Below are positions 1 to 12,374 of a stretch of 64,000 nucleotides of DNA, in pieces. The stretch lies in the NCBI RefSeq assembly GCF_044704955.1, contig NC_091991.1, positions 45,694,001-45,758,000 of the forward strand. Direction: 5' to 3'. The notes below the pieces were generated by a model that was given only the letters and a program-made list of their open reading frames with translations, was not told the DNA's origin and did no database searches. The stretch is from Pristiophorus japonicus (Eukaryota). How positions within the stretch are numbered: position 1 is the first letter of the stretch; each line of letters opens with the position of its first letter. Both the position numbers and the translations under genes were made by a program.

Positions 1-825
1 GGCAGCGGGTCCAGCCAGGAGGAGTGGCGGCAGCGGGACCAGCCAGGAGGAGTGGTGGCAGCGGGTCCAGCCAGGAGGAGTGGTGGCAGCGGGTCCAGCC
101 AGGAGGAGTGGTGGCAGCGGGTCCAGCCAGGAGGAGTGGTGGCAGCGGGTCCAGCCAGGAGGAGTGGTGGCAGCGGGTCCAGCCAGGAGGAGTGGTGGCA
201 GCGGGTCCAGCCAGGAGGAGTGGTGGCATTGGACCAGCCAGGAGGAGTGGTGGCATTGGACCAGCCAGGAGGAGTGGTGGCAGCGGGTCCAGCCAGGAGG
301 AGTGGTGGCAGCGGGTCCAGCCAGGAGGAGTGGTGGCAGCGGGTCCAGCCAGGAGGAGTGGTGGCATTGGACCAGCCAGGAGGAGTGGCGGCAGCGGGTC
401 CAGCCAGGAGGAGTGGTGGCAGCGGGTCCAGCCAGGAGGAGTGGTGGCATTGGACCAGCCAGGAGGAGTGGCGGCAGCGGGTCCAGCCAGGAGGAGTGGT
501 GGCATTGGACCAGCCAGGAGGAGTGGCGGCAGCGGGTCCAGCCAGGAGGAGTGGTGGCAGCGGGTCCAGCCAGGAGGAGTGGTGGCAGCGGGTCCAGCCA
601 GAAGGAGTGGTGGCAGCGGGTCCAGCCAGGAGGAGTGGTGGCATTGGACCAGCCAGGAGGAGTGGTGGCAGCGGATCCAGCCAGGAAGAGTGGTGGCAGC
701 GGGTCCAGCCAGGAGGAATGGTGGCAGCGGGTCCAGCCAGGAGGAGTGGTGGCAGCGGGTCCAGCCAGGAGGAGTGGTGGCAGCGGGACCAGCCAGGAGG
801 AGTGGTGGCAGCGGGTCCAGCCGGG
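1..825 (+). repeat. G-rich minisatellite, about 30 units: a 28-bp unit GGCAGCGGGTCCAGCCAGGAGGAGTGGT interspersed with a 27-bp variant GGCATTGGACCAGCCAGGAGGAGTGGT; runs off the window start
   Basis: Direct tandem repetition; all three + frames are open only because the unit lacks stop codons. Confidence 0.97.
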
Positions 826-3027
826 GTGGGGGGGGTACAAGTGGCAGCGGGTCCATCCGGGGGGAGCGGTGGCCACGGGTCCAGCTGGGGAGGAGGTCCT
901 TTGTTGCCCTTTCGGCAGCGGTGGGGTAGCAGTCCTTTCGGGGAAGCAGGCTTCAGCTTGCTTCAACGTCTCTGGTTGTCCTGGCAACTTCAGCTTTTCA
1001 CGCGTGCCCAGAGAGTTTTTAGCGCAGACTTGAAGCTCCACCCCGCCAGACTAACTTCGGAGAGCATTGCACCAAATTCAAATATTTATTTGGCAAAAGT
1101 CCCGATTTTTTTTTTTCCTGGCACAAACGTACACAAAAAAAATCATTCGTTAACATGTGTGAGTGCCAAAAATCCAGCAAGTGGAAAATAAGAGCCTTGG
1201 TAAGAAAAAGCTGTACATTAATAACTGTTTTGCTTATAATCCGATAACTGTTGTACTTTTCCCAGACTGAGAACGCAGGGAAGCATGGTAACTCTCATCT
1301 TTGGCAGGCATGGAAAGCTGGCGCTATCGGATCACTGGTCATTCGACACCATGTCCAATTCTCCTTGAAATTAATGGAAAGGAAGATTGGGCAGGATGTA
1401 CAGCAGGCAGCCACTCTGATGATAGTTTTACCCCTTCCTGCCTCGCCAAAGTTAGAGTGGAAGTCTCCTACTCCAATTTATTCATTTCTAAAACCTCACA
1501 ACCGTGGAACTCTTTGCATGCACCAATCTTGCCCTCATCTTACAATTTACATGCTTTTAAAATGCAAATTTTGTATCGCTCAATCATTGCTTTCCTGATT
1601 TGCCTCGTCTTCTCTCCTGTTTGTTTGACCTGAAGGATATCCTGCATTAAGAGCCTTGATCCTCCACCTACGTTGCTCAATTTAAATAAAATGTCACTTT
1701 CATGTCCAGCAATAATCTACAATTATCCGTGGGAGCAATTTATATTGCAAATTATCGATTCTGTTAAAAAAAATGTTTCAACTCTACTCTCTGTTAGAAT
1801 GATTTATTTTTACTGAGAGATTCCTATTTTTCACAAGAAATTTGAACAGCTTATCTCACTGCATTCTCATCTGTGAGAAGTCTTCACACAGAGGCCCCAC
1901 AAGACTATGTGAAATTTTAACAGTTTTGCTAAATTAAATGTACAGATGGCACTGCTTCCTTCGTAGGCATTTCGAGCTAGTTTTCTCAAATATGAAAGAC
2001 AGATGTACAATAAAGTGGGAAATTTTGGCACGCAGTGTTATTTGTCACTTGTGATGATTTTCATAAAAGAAGCAAATTTAGCTCTCGCCAAATTATTCAC
2101 GAGGGGATGATCAGAGCTGTTATAGTTTTTTCATATTTTGCTATTCTGTGAATGATTTGCACTTATGCTTATGATTTTTCACACAGATACTTCCTGTTCT
2201 ATGGTGTCCAAGTTTAGATATGTTGTTGAGGTGTTAAAGCTCTTCCCAATAATTTTCCAGGCTTGAACAATGTGCATTTATATTCGGCTGTAATTAACCC
2301 CATTTATTTTCTATTTGAAGTTACTCACATCAAAGAAATATATTCAGAAACCATAGTAGCATCTGGAATGTGGAGGGCGGTCTGCAGTGTGATCTGGAGA
2401 CCGTGTAGTTGGGGCCAGAATAACCAGACACCTGGGTTGAGGAAGAAGTTTCTGTCATCCTCTAAACTTCTGAAGGGAGGGGAAGCAGTCAAGCTGGTTA
2501 CAAAGTTTTGAACATTTGTTTCAATCTTTCTTTATATTCAGTGACAACACAAGAAATAGCATCATATCCATTATATACGATGGATCAAACCAAAACTTTA
2601 TGCTCCTTGGAATTTCTTTCCTGAAGGAAGCTTGCAGCTTGAAGTGATTGGTACCATTTTTACTTAATTATTACAGTAGAACCCCTTTAAATTATTTTCT
2701 TCATTGGGATGATTCATTTTTAAATGTTTCAAGTGTTTTCATTCACTGTCACCTTTTGCTAAATTATTACAATGGTCACTGTAAATGAATAATATCAACA
2801 AAATGAATTTGAAAGTAATATAACAATGTAAAAACAAATTATACACAACTATAAATAAAGGAGTAATGACCAGGTTAGCCTCTGGGCTTCCCGATATTGC
2901 TGCAGCCAGAGCAGTGGGGTGCCATTTGGCGGTCACCGTGTCATGGTAACAAGGTCCGGCCCTCAAACTGGAGCGGGCTTCCTTCCTACACTATAGGACA
3001 GCCATTCAATAGTTAAATTCTTTGGGG

Positions 3028-3091
3028 CAGTTGGGAGAGCACTGACTGAAGATTGAAAGGTCCCTGATTCAATCCTGAGTTTCAGCATTTT
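3028..3091 (+). pseudogene. Degenerate tRNA-Phe(GAA) gene relic followed by TTTT
   Basis: cagttgggagagc-actgactgaagattgaaaggtccctgattcaatcctgagtttcagca aligns with vertebrate tRNA-Phe (CAGTTGGGAGAGCGTTAGACTGAAGATCTAAAGGTCCCTGGTTCGATCCCGGGTTTCGGCA); several differences are CpG decay; 5' acceptor strand is disrupted. Confidence 0.8.
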
Positions 3092-3104
3092 ATCAGGTGG
3101 ACAG

Positions 3105-4030
3105 AGACAGGTGATATGGGCAGACACATGGCAGATGCAATTTAATGCAGATAAGTGTGAAGTGATGCACTTTTGGAGGAACTGCATTAAGAGGCAGTAT
3201 AATCTAAATGGTACTACGGCTGGAGCGTCCGAAATCGGAAACCTCAGGACCGAGGCCGTTCCGGATTTTGTGTACTTCCGGATTATAGAACGTCTTTCTG
3301 ACATCCCGAATTCGTAAATGCCTGGGCCGAGGTAAAGTGGGGGGGTGCGGGTGGCGGCGGAGCGGGGTGAGTGAGTCCAGCGGCGGAGCGGGGTGAGTGA
3401 GTCCGGCGGCGGAGCGGGGTGAGTGAGTCCGGCGGCGGAGCGGGGTGGGGGGTCAGCGGTTCCAGGTCAGGGGTCGGCGGCGACCAGGAAAAACCTGCGT
3501 TGAAGACCTACAAAAAAGATAAGTTAAGATTTTTATTTTTTTAATTCTTTTTCAGCGATTTAGGAGATAAGGGTTTTGTGAATGTTTTGTGAATTTTTAT
3601 TTTTTGTTTTTTGAATTTTTTGGTTGGTGTTTTTCCCCCTCTCTCGGCCCAACTCTCAGCGGTAATTGGTTTCAAATATGCACCCCAGGTCCCTCTGCAC
3701 TACAGATCTGGATTTCGGAACATTTTCCGGATTGCGGATGACCCCGCCACAGATCAGCCCAATGTCTGGATTCCGGAACATTCCGAATTTCGGAATTCCA
3801 GATTTCGGATGCTCAGCCTGTATTTTGAGGGGTGTACAAGAGCAGAGGGACCTAGGGGTGCATATTCACAAATCATTGACGGTGGCAGGGCAAGTTGATA
3901 AGGCAGTCAAGAAAGCATATGGGATACTGGGCTTTGAAAATAGGAGTATTGAATAAAAAAATAAGGAAGTCATGCTAACCCTTTACAAATCACTAGTTAG
4001 GTTTCAGCTGGAGTATTGTGCACAATTCTG
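3105..4030 (+). mobile_element. CR1 LINE ORF2 fragment, split by a MITE at 3217-3820
   Basis: WADTWQMQFNADKCEVMHF...NGT joins ILRGVQEQRDLGVHIHKSL...KKAYGILGF across the insertion. Confidence 0.9.
3217..3820. mobile_element. Non-autonomous Tc1/mariner-pogo-type MITE with TA TSD; internal ~26-bp tandem repeat at ~3354-3450
   Basis: TA|cggctggagcgtccgaaatc ... gatttcggatgctcagcctg|TA; removing it restores the CR1 frame. Confidence 0.8.
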
Positions 4031-4037
4031 CGCTTTA

Positions 4038-4499
4038 AAAAAATTTGTTCATGGAATGTGGGTGTCACTGGCAAGGCCAGCATTTATTGCCCATCCCTAA
4101 TTGCCCTTGATAAGGTGGTTGTGAGCCGCCATTTTGAACCGCTGCAGCCGGTGTGTTGAATGTACTCCCATAGTGCTGTTAGGGAGGGAGTTCTGGGATT
4201 TTGACCGAGCGACGATGAAGGAATGGCGATACATTTCCAAGTCAGGATGGTGTGTGACTTGGAAGGGGATTGTGGAGGTGGTGGTGTTCCCATCCACCTG
4301 CTGCCCTTGTCCTTCTAGCTGGTAGAGGTTGTATGTTTGGGAGGTGCTGCCGAAGAAGCCTTGGCGAGTTGCTGCAGTGTATCTTGGAGGTGGTACATAC
4401 TACAGCCACGGTGCGCCGGTGGTGGAGGGAGTGAATGTTTAAGGTGGTGGATGGGTGCCAATCAAGCAGACTGCCCTGTCCTGGATGGTGTCGAGCTTC
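4038..4499 (-). mobile_element. 3' end of a non-LTR retrotransposon (clade unresolved, RTEX-like by my recollection)
   Basis: Minus-strand HSFIVARSKSQNSLPNSTMGVHSTHRLQRFKMAAHNHL, followed by AATAAA and a 3' UTR. Confidence 0.7.
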
Positions 4500-4911
4500 T
4501 TATTAGTAGGAAGATATTAGGCCTTGTAGTAGTGGTGCATCTGTTTGATCCAAGTAATGCAACTCAAATGGGGATGGAGTGGCTTTATGAATGTCCACAT
4601 TAGGGTTCTTTGAAACTGAATGCTCAAGAAAACTGACTTTGTGGAGTATCTTAGTCCATGTTACTCTATACAGGTGCAACAGTGGATTTCTCATATATTT
4701 TTTGCTGCACTAATATGAGTGATCCAAACAAAATAAGATTTTTATGAACATAATAACATCATGTTGCACTTTCACTTTCCTGGGACCTTTCTCAGGTAAT
4801 TTTCAAAACCCCATACCTGACTCTTTTGTCGATCAATAGCAATTGAATATTTCTGAAAGCCACAGTTTATTGTGAATTTCTAATGGTTGTACAGAACTAA
4901 AGCAGGTCAAT

Positions 4912-5621
4912 GGCCCTGAAATTCTGGTCAGAGGCTTCCTTCGGACGAACGCCTCCGACCCGAAATTTCTCTACGAATGTACCTAGTGGTCCCGGAGGTG
5001 CCTTGGATTCTGGTTGGAGACCTTCTTTCCACACGCTTCGCAGCGCTTCCACGTCTTCTAGATACGGACAGAGAAGCTGGAGTCACATGGGCCTGGACCA
5101 CCAATCACTGTGAAGTATTCTCATTGATAGTAATAGGAACTCCAATTTTATGAGTTCCCATTACTATCAATGAAAATAACCCCCTAAAACACCCAAACAC
5201 AACATTTAAAAAAAAAAAGCACTACAAATATTTAAAATTAATTGAAATTAACGTTAATTAAATGTTTTAGAAAAATTTTTTTTTTTTTAATGTGTTTTAA
5301 TAGGGTTTAAAATAAATTTACCTTAGTGGACAGGGTTTTTAACTATAAAAATGTGTATTTAAATTTTATTATTATATGTTTTAAAACTCTTACGCTGGTA
5401 AAAGTAGGCTATGTGGCTGCTTTCACCAGGTGTAAAAGTTTGAAGGACATTCGCTGGGCAAGAGATGGGCACTAATGTCCTTCTCCCGGATATGCTGACG
5501 ATCTGTCAAGAGATATCTTAACAGATCGGAAAGGCTGGTTTTCGGCGCATGCGCATTGCGCGCCAAAAAATTTATTTTGTGAGTCGTCACCAGGTCCATA
5601 CGTATTCCGTATTTCAGGGCC
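4912..5621. mobile_element. GG..CC MITE (PIF/Harbinger-like), family A copy 1
   Basis: TIR ggccctgaaat / atttcagggcc; internal similarity to 12375-13129 and 49044-49671. Confidence 0.8.
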
Positions 5622-5974
5622 ATTAAGTTAAAAAGCAAACGTTATCACTAATTAAAATCTTTTATCCCAAGTCCCCAAACGCTGACTGGAGTATTGATTG
5701 GGAAATTACCTAATTTGCTAACATTAAGCACTTTTACTGAAAGTTGGACTACGAAACACAGTCTAGAAGCTGTAGTGTTAGCAAAAATGTTTTTAGATGT
5801 GTATTGGCAGTGCAGTGGCACAATGTACTGTTATAGTTGTGCATTGCATCACATTCAGTAAAAGTTCCTGTGTTAGGAAATTATCTGCTTTCATAATGAA
5901 TAATCCAGTCAGGTTTTCAGGACTCACGATAAACATTTTAATTAATGGTAATCTTTTTTTTAACTTATTGACTA

Positions 5975-7055
5975 TTCTTTGACCCCTCTGTCCTTGCAAC
6001 CCACCACCACATCTACAATCACCCTTTACTCTCCAAAGTCCTTGAACTTTATCGTCACTTCCTGGATTCAGCTTTCCCGTGTTTGAAGCGCTTTGATCTG
6101 GTTTCCTCCCCTGCTCCAGCACTGAAATGGCCCGAATTCAACTTACAAATAACATCCTCTATGACAGTGACAATGCTGCTCTCTCAGACTCATCCACCTT
6201 GCCCCCCCTGTAACCTTTATCCTCATCTTCGTTGTCCAATGCCTCTCCTTCATCGTCCAGCTCAGTGGGTCTGCTGTCGTGTGGTTCCATCCTTACCTAT
6301 CTAGTTGTAGCCAGCAATGGCGCTTATTTCTGTTCCCACATCGTTACCTCTGGACTCCCTCAAAGATTTATTCTTGACCCCTTCCTCTTCCTCATCTCCA
6401 TGCTGCCCCTCAGCGACATCATCTGAAGATGTAGTATCAAGTTCCACATATATGCTTATGGCGCTCAGCTCTTCCTCTCCACCATCTTTCTTGACCCCTC
6501 CATTGACTCTGTTGTCAGATTCCTTATCTAATATATGACGAAGGGTCATCGACCTGAAACTTTAACTCTGTTTCTCTCTGCACAGATGCTGCCTGACCCG
6601 CTGAGATTTCCAGCATTTTCTGTTTTTATTTCAGATTCCTGCGTCTGCAGTATTTTGCTTTTGTCCTTATCTAATATCCAGTCCTGGATGAACCACAATT
6701 TCCATAGTTAAACATTGGGCAGGCTGAAGCCATCATCTCTGGCCTCACCATAATCTCCGTACTTTCGCCATCAATTCCATCCCTCTTCCCAGCCCACTGT
6801 TCGCACCCTCGATGTCTCATTTGACCCTGGCGGAGCTTCCAACCACATATTTTCTCCATCACAATGAACAGCACTTCTATCTCTGTAACATCACCCGTTT
6901 CCTCTTCTGCCTCAGCCCATGTGCCACTGGAACCCTCATCCATACCTTTGTTACCTTCAGATCTGACTATTCCAATGCTGTTCGGGCCCGCCTCCTATTC
7001 TTCACCCTCCTTTAAACTTCAGCACATCCAAAACTCTGCTGCCCATTTCCTAATC
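5975..7055 (+). mobile_element. Degraded L2 LINE RT fragment
   Basis: VTSGLPQRFILDPFLFLISMLPLSDII and LIHTFVTFRSDYSNA ... KLQHIQNSAA are L2 ORF2 motifs. Confidence 0.85.
6535..6663 (+). mobile_element. Solo Penelope-like pLTR fragment with a hammerhead-like core, inserted in L2 with a 14-bp TSD
   Basis: TCCTTATCTAATAT at 6521-6534 and 6664-6677; core tgacga-agggtc-atc-gacct-gaaac; same repeat adjoins the Penelope ORF at 39019-39135. Confidence 0.8.
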
Positions 7056-7165
7056 CTGTAGAGCAGATAATGTAACTTTCATTGGGTGTCATCATAATAA
7101 GATACCCAATTGGTCATTTTGAATATTGTAAAGCAACAGCCCAAAAACTAATCCCTGCCAGACTC

Positions 7166-9100
7166 CTTCTCTTCTTCTTAGGCAGTCGCTCGGAGTCAGG
7201 GATGACTTGCTTCCACACTAAAAATGAGTCCTCGGGTGACTGAAGTGTCCGATGCGTGACCTACAGTCTCTGTCACAGGAGGAATGGGAGGTTGGGGTGC
7301 CTGGGTTGCCGTGCGCTCCTTCCACTGTCAACGCTTGGCTTCAACTTGCTCTTGGAGAAGAGACTCGAGGTGATCAGTGCCTTCCTGGATGCTTTTCCTC
7401 CACTTTGGGTGATCTTGGGCCCAGGATTCCCAATGGGTCTGTGGTGTTGATGTGGATGTTGCACTTTTTTAAGGAGACTTTGAGGGTGTCCTTGAAGCAT
7501 TTCCTCTGCCCACTTGGGGCTTGCTTGCCGTGTCAGAGCTCCGAGTAGAGCGCTTGTTGTTTTGGGAGTCTCGTGTCAGGCATGCGGACGATGTGGCCTG
7601 TCCAGAGGAGCTGATCGAGCATGGTCAATGCTTTGATGCTGGGGATGTTGGCCTGGGCGAGAATACTGACGTTGGTGCGCCTATCCTGCCAATTGTTTTG
7701 CAGGATCTTGCGGAGGCTGCGTTGGTGGTACTTCTCCAGTGTTTTTAGGTGCCTGCTTAAAATAGTCCATTTCTCTGAGCCATACAGGAGGGCAGGTATC
7801 ACTACTGCTCTGTAGACCATGAGCTTGGTTCTGGGTTTGAGGTCCTGGTCTTCAAACACTCTTCTTCAGGCGACCGAAGGCTGCACTGGCACACTGAAGG
7901 CAATGTTGGATCTCGTCTTCGATGTCTGCCCTTGTTGACAGTAGGCTCCCAAGGTATGGAAAATGGTCCTCGTTGCCTCATCATGGATTTTGATGACCGG
8001 CGGGGGGCGGGGGTGGGGGGGGGGGCAGTGCTGTGTGGCAGGGACAGGTTGGTAGAGGACCTTTGTCTTACAGATGTTTAGTATAAGTCCCATGCTCTCG
8101 GACGCCTCGGTGAAGGTGTTGATGATGGCTTGGATTTCGACCTCCGAGTGTGCGCAGACACAAGCGTCATCTGCATACTGTAATTTGATGATGGAGGATG
8201 GGACGACCTTGGATCTGGCCTGGAGGCAGCGGAGATTCCTGTTTGTCCTGTAATTTAGCTCCACTCCAGCGGGGAGCTTGCTGAGGGTGAGATGGAGCAT
8301 TACCGCAAGGAAGATCGAGAAGAGTGTTGGTGCGATGATGCAGCCTTGCTTGACCCCGGTCTGAACGTGGAATGGGTCTGTGGTGGATCCATTGGTCAGG
8401 ATCACGGCTTGCATGTCATCGTGGAGCAGGCGGAGAATGGTGACAAATTTTTGAGGGCAGCCGAATCTGAGGAGGACGCTCCATAATCCCTCACGGTTGA
8501 CAGTGTTGAAGTCTTTTGTGAGGTCAAAGAAGGCCATGTGCAGGGGTTGGTGCTGTTCCCTGCCTTTCTCTGGTATCTGCTACGCAGTGGAGATCATGTC
8601 CATTATGCCCCTTAGTGAGCGGGATCCACATTGCAACTTTGGGAGTAGCTCTTCAGCCACAGGGAGAAGGTGATTGAGGGGATTCTTGTGATGACTTTCC
8701 TAGTGGTTGACAGCAGGGAAACTCCTCTGTAGTTACCGCAATCGGACTTTTCACCTTTCTTGAAGGTGGTCACGATTACAGCATCTCTGAGATCTCCTGG
8801 CATGATGATCTCCTTCCAGATAAGAGAGACGAGGTCATGAATCTGCACCAGTAGTGCTTCTCCGCCATGTTTTAGTGCTTCGGCGGGGATTCCATCTGCT
8901 CCTGATGTCTTGTTCTTCAGTTGATGGCCTATTCAACCTCTTGCCGGGCTGGGTTTGTGCTGAGATGGTGACGGGTGGCATGCTACGGGATGGAGTTGAG
9001 GACACTCATGTCGAAGACAGAGTCTCGGTTAAGGAGATCCTCGAAGTGTTCCTTCCAGCGGGCACTGATTGCCTCTCTGTGCTTGATGATGCACCTCTCC
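7166..9100 (-). mobile_element. RTE-clade LINE, 5'-truncated, frameshifted RT
   Basis: KKGEKSDCGNYRGVSLLS, MAFFDLTKDF, GVKQGCIIAPTLF, LQYADD, VYRAVVIPALLYGSE; (GAA)n tail at ~7166-7180. Confidence 0.95.
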
Positions 9101-9699
9101 ACTAGTAACCTGTCCCCACACAGTAACCTGTCCCCACACACCCTGTCCCCACACAGATCCATAAAATGAATAACAACTTCCTGTCTACGAGAATCCAACC
9201 CAGAACTGCCTGCTAATCACACAGGCATCAGTGTTATTAAGTATACTACGGTGTTGCATCTTGACAAAGATTTTGTGAAACAAGTGCAAAATTTGTCCAT
9301 AGCAGTTGGAAACTCCAGCTCACAGGCCCAAGTGAATTTCCAATTCAAACCCCAGGCTCCATAATGAAGGGCAGGCCTATTGCAACCATTTCAACTGCTG
9401 CTTAACCAATTTTATGGATAACTTTAATTATAATTTTTGTTATGTGTTATTTAATAAATATTATTTCAAGCTGTAAATACTTATCTCAATGAAGAGGAAG
9501 AATGGCTAAAAAACAAATAAATCTTTTGGGCTAAATGGTATTTATGGTAGAGCAATGAGCCATTGATTGTCATTATGAGGGCGCTAATTAACACAGGGAT
9601 GTACTAATAGATTGGGCATAAATAGGGGGTGACAAAGCAGACGCAAATGGCTACAGCCCACTAATTTTTTCAATACAGGAAAATATAATGGAATGAATT

Positions 9700-10210
9700 A
9701 TCAGGAGTAAACTTGAAGATTGCCTGAATAATAGCCTAATAGACAGTGGACATGCTTTGAGAAGCAGAAGATCCTACATGACTAACCTTGTTATCCCAAC
9801 TGGACTGTAGAAAGCCGTACGAAGCGATATTCCTCGACTTTCAAAAATCATTTGACAACACTCTACATGAAAGGCTACTAGTTAAGCTGAAAATAGTGGG
9901 GATTCATCTTTGGGAGTGGATAAGAAATGAGCTGGCGTGTGCTTTGTTGTGTTAGGAGGGAAATGCTAAGTGGGTTTCCCAGGAATTGGTGCTGGGATCT
10001 CTTCTGTTCCTAATTTACATTAGCAACTTGGATTCAGAAACTCCAGTCAGGCAGATTTGGAAACTAAGGGACAATGGAATCAGAGGAAGCAGCTTGGGAA
10101 CTATAAAATGAGTTGGACAAAATATATAAGTAGGCAGAACAGTGACAAATGAAATTATAGCCAGCAGAAAACTCAATTGTGTTTTAAGGCTGCCAGTCAA
10201 GAAACAGCAA
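9700..10210 (+). mobile_element. Ancient CR1 RT remnant
   Basis: IFLDFQKSFDNTLHERLLVKL and SGFPQELVLGSLLFLIYISNLD are recognisable despite stops. Confidence 0.7.
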
Positions 10211-12374
10211 GTTCACAAAACCAATCAATCAAGTTGCTTAAATGATTTATTTTCAGACACTATTTTGTTTCTTGCTTAGATCAGTGTTTTCAATGAAAAA
10301 TAACATAACATAATAAAATAATAAATAATAATAAAAGGAAATAAAATAACACATATAGCATAATAAATACACAAATTGCAGAATTAAGAAAAGAAAACTA
10401 AAAGTAGCCATTAAATTAATGATTTACTGAGTTAAGTTCCTGTTTGAGTTGGAGTTTCCCCCTTGAATCTGAAGGCTACAGAATTCCAGCTGCTTTGAAG
10501 AAATTATGTGTGAGAGAGATATACATGGCAGAAGTTATGAATCAGGCAGAACCAATTGTGAGGAGTAGTGGAGGGAAAAACATCCCAAAAAATAATAAAT
10601 TTTTTCCATCATTTTTATACAGTTTATTCTGACCTCAGAAGCTGCATCTGGAGTCATCAGTCAGCCAAACCGTTGTGGATAGACATCTGCTTAGGTGCTA
10701 CACATTGGAGACAGTGGGTCAAAACCTCGCTGGTCAGTGTTAAATCAATGAGAGCTTCAGCAAGATCTAGTCTACTCTGAAAAGTGATTGAGTGATTGGC
10801 AGGGCATGGGGGCAAGTCCACTGTGAAAAGTGATTGGCGAGGTGGCCAGGGTGGGGGAGGGGGTGCGGGAGCGGGAATCTTTATAATCAGCTAAATAATA
10901 GAAAAAGGATGAACATTTTGAGAATGAAGGGAAAATATTGCAAATTACTTTGTGAGATAGAGTTTAAAAAGTTATTATGTAAATAATTGGCAGCAAGAGA
11001 TTTGGGGAAAATTGTAACAAAGTTTACTTGTATCTTAAGTAATACAAAAGCATGTGTCGGTGTGTATCGTTCAGTATCAGAAAGGTGCATAATTTGTTTT
11101 TGGCCTTGAGCCAGTCATGATAGATTGCTTCAGTAATTTTGCTGCATTACAGTGTTGGACGAAACGCTATTGTGTGTAGACTGTAAGGGCACTGCGGCAA
11201 ACGTCAGCAATTGCACTTCAGGTGCCTGAACTCTCCATCAACAACTGCACAGGGGTTGTACTAATACACAAATAAAAGCAAGGAGCATAGCCTGGGATTG
11301 AATGGCCATGAAAGCACCGGGGAGTTACAAGAAGAAAGGAAAATGAAAAGGCAGAGCTGGAAAATCCACAGCCCTAGTCCTACAGTTGCAAATTGGTAGA
11401 GAGGAGCAGTGAGCTTGCATATGCAGAAAGAACAGCAAATATAGAACATGTATATCTGCCCATCTATCTTGAAAGCGAGTTTGTTTGCAGTATTTGCCAG
11501 AGTCCCTGATTCCTATTGGCAGGAGCAGCTGACAGAATTCCCAGCAGCAGCAGCCTAATAAACAGTTTTCATTTTAATGACACTTTCATTTTTGAGTTAC
11601 CTCTTCAGAGACTCTTAAACCCTTCCTTTCTCCATGTTGGATTCCACAGGTAATCTTGTCTTGTGTCATTAGGTAAACAAAATGATTCCATAAAATGAGT
11701 TTCCAGATGAAGTGTTTCCCACAGGCCCGTATGTGGTGATGCTGCATCACTTGGCTTGAAAGGAGCTGTATTTATACTGTTTAAAATAATCTAGCAATAT
11801 AAAAACTACCTGCAGAGCCAAATCAAGGGCATCCAACGTAGCACTGCTCACAGAATTGACATCATTTCCACAATAATTATACTTTTGGACACGTTCACTG
11901 ATGTGATGCAGCTTCTTTATTAATCGGTTTGCTTATATATCATTTAGGACAATGTATTTTTAAGAATTAGAAGAAGAATATTATAATCAGCTGTAAACTA
12001 CTTCTAAATATGAAATATGATGAGTGTTTCTAACTCACTTTCCCTGAAATTTGCCATTATGGAGTTATCACTGTTTAATCCAGGATGTCAGAGGGTTTAT
12101 TGTCCCTTGAAACATAAATGTGATATGTGATGTTAACACATCTCTGAAGCAATTTCAAAACGTTTGTTTGAAAATGATGCTAGATTCAGTATAACCGCTG
12201 TTATATTGGATACACTCGAATTGGCTCAGTGAAATATAAATTTTATATAAGATGGTAAAGCCCTATTAACTAAGTGTCTCAAAATCTGAGCAGCCCATCA
12301 GCACAATACTTTTTTGCAGAACCAATGTGCATCTTGCCACTTTTTAAAATACCTCTCATAAGCAAATCAATATT

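Noticed and set aside
1-825. CRISPR-like array of ~28-bp repeats
   Set aside because: Repeats are contiguous with no unique spacers, no cas genes, eukaryotic context
24-1191. Three overlapping 301-379 aa ORFs
   Set aside because: Translation of a stop-free minisatellite; all frames give the same cyclic peptide
1250-1295. Possible micro-exon (ttttcccag|...ATG|gtaact)
   Set aside because: Splice-like motifs only, no recognisable peptide or partner exons
10600-10790. Acceptor-like site followed by a short open frame
   Set aside because: No recognisable protein; stops occur in all frames before a convincing donor
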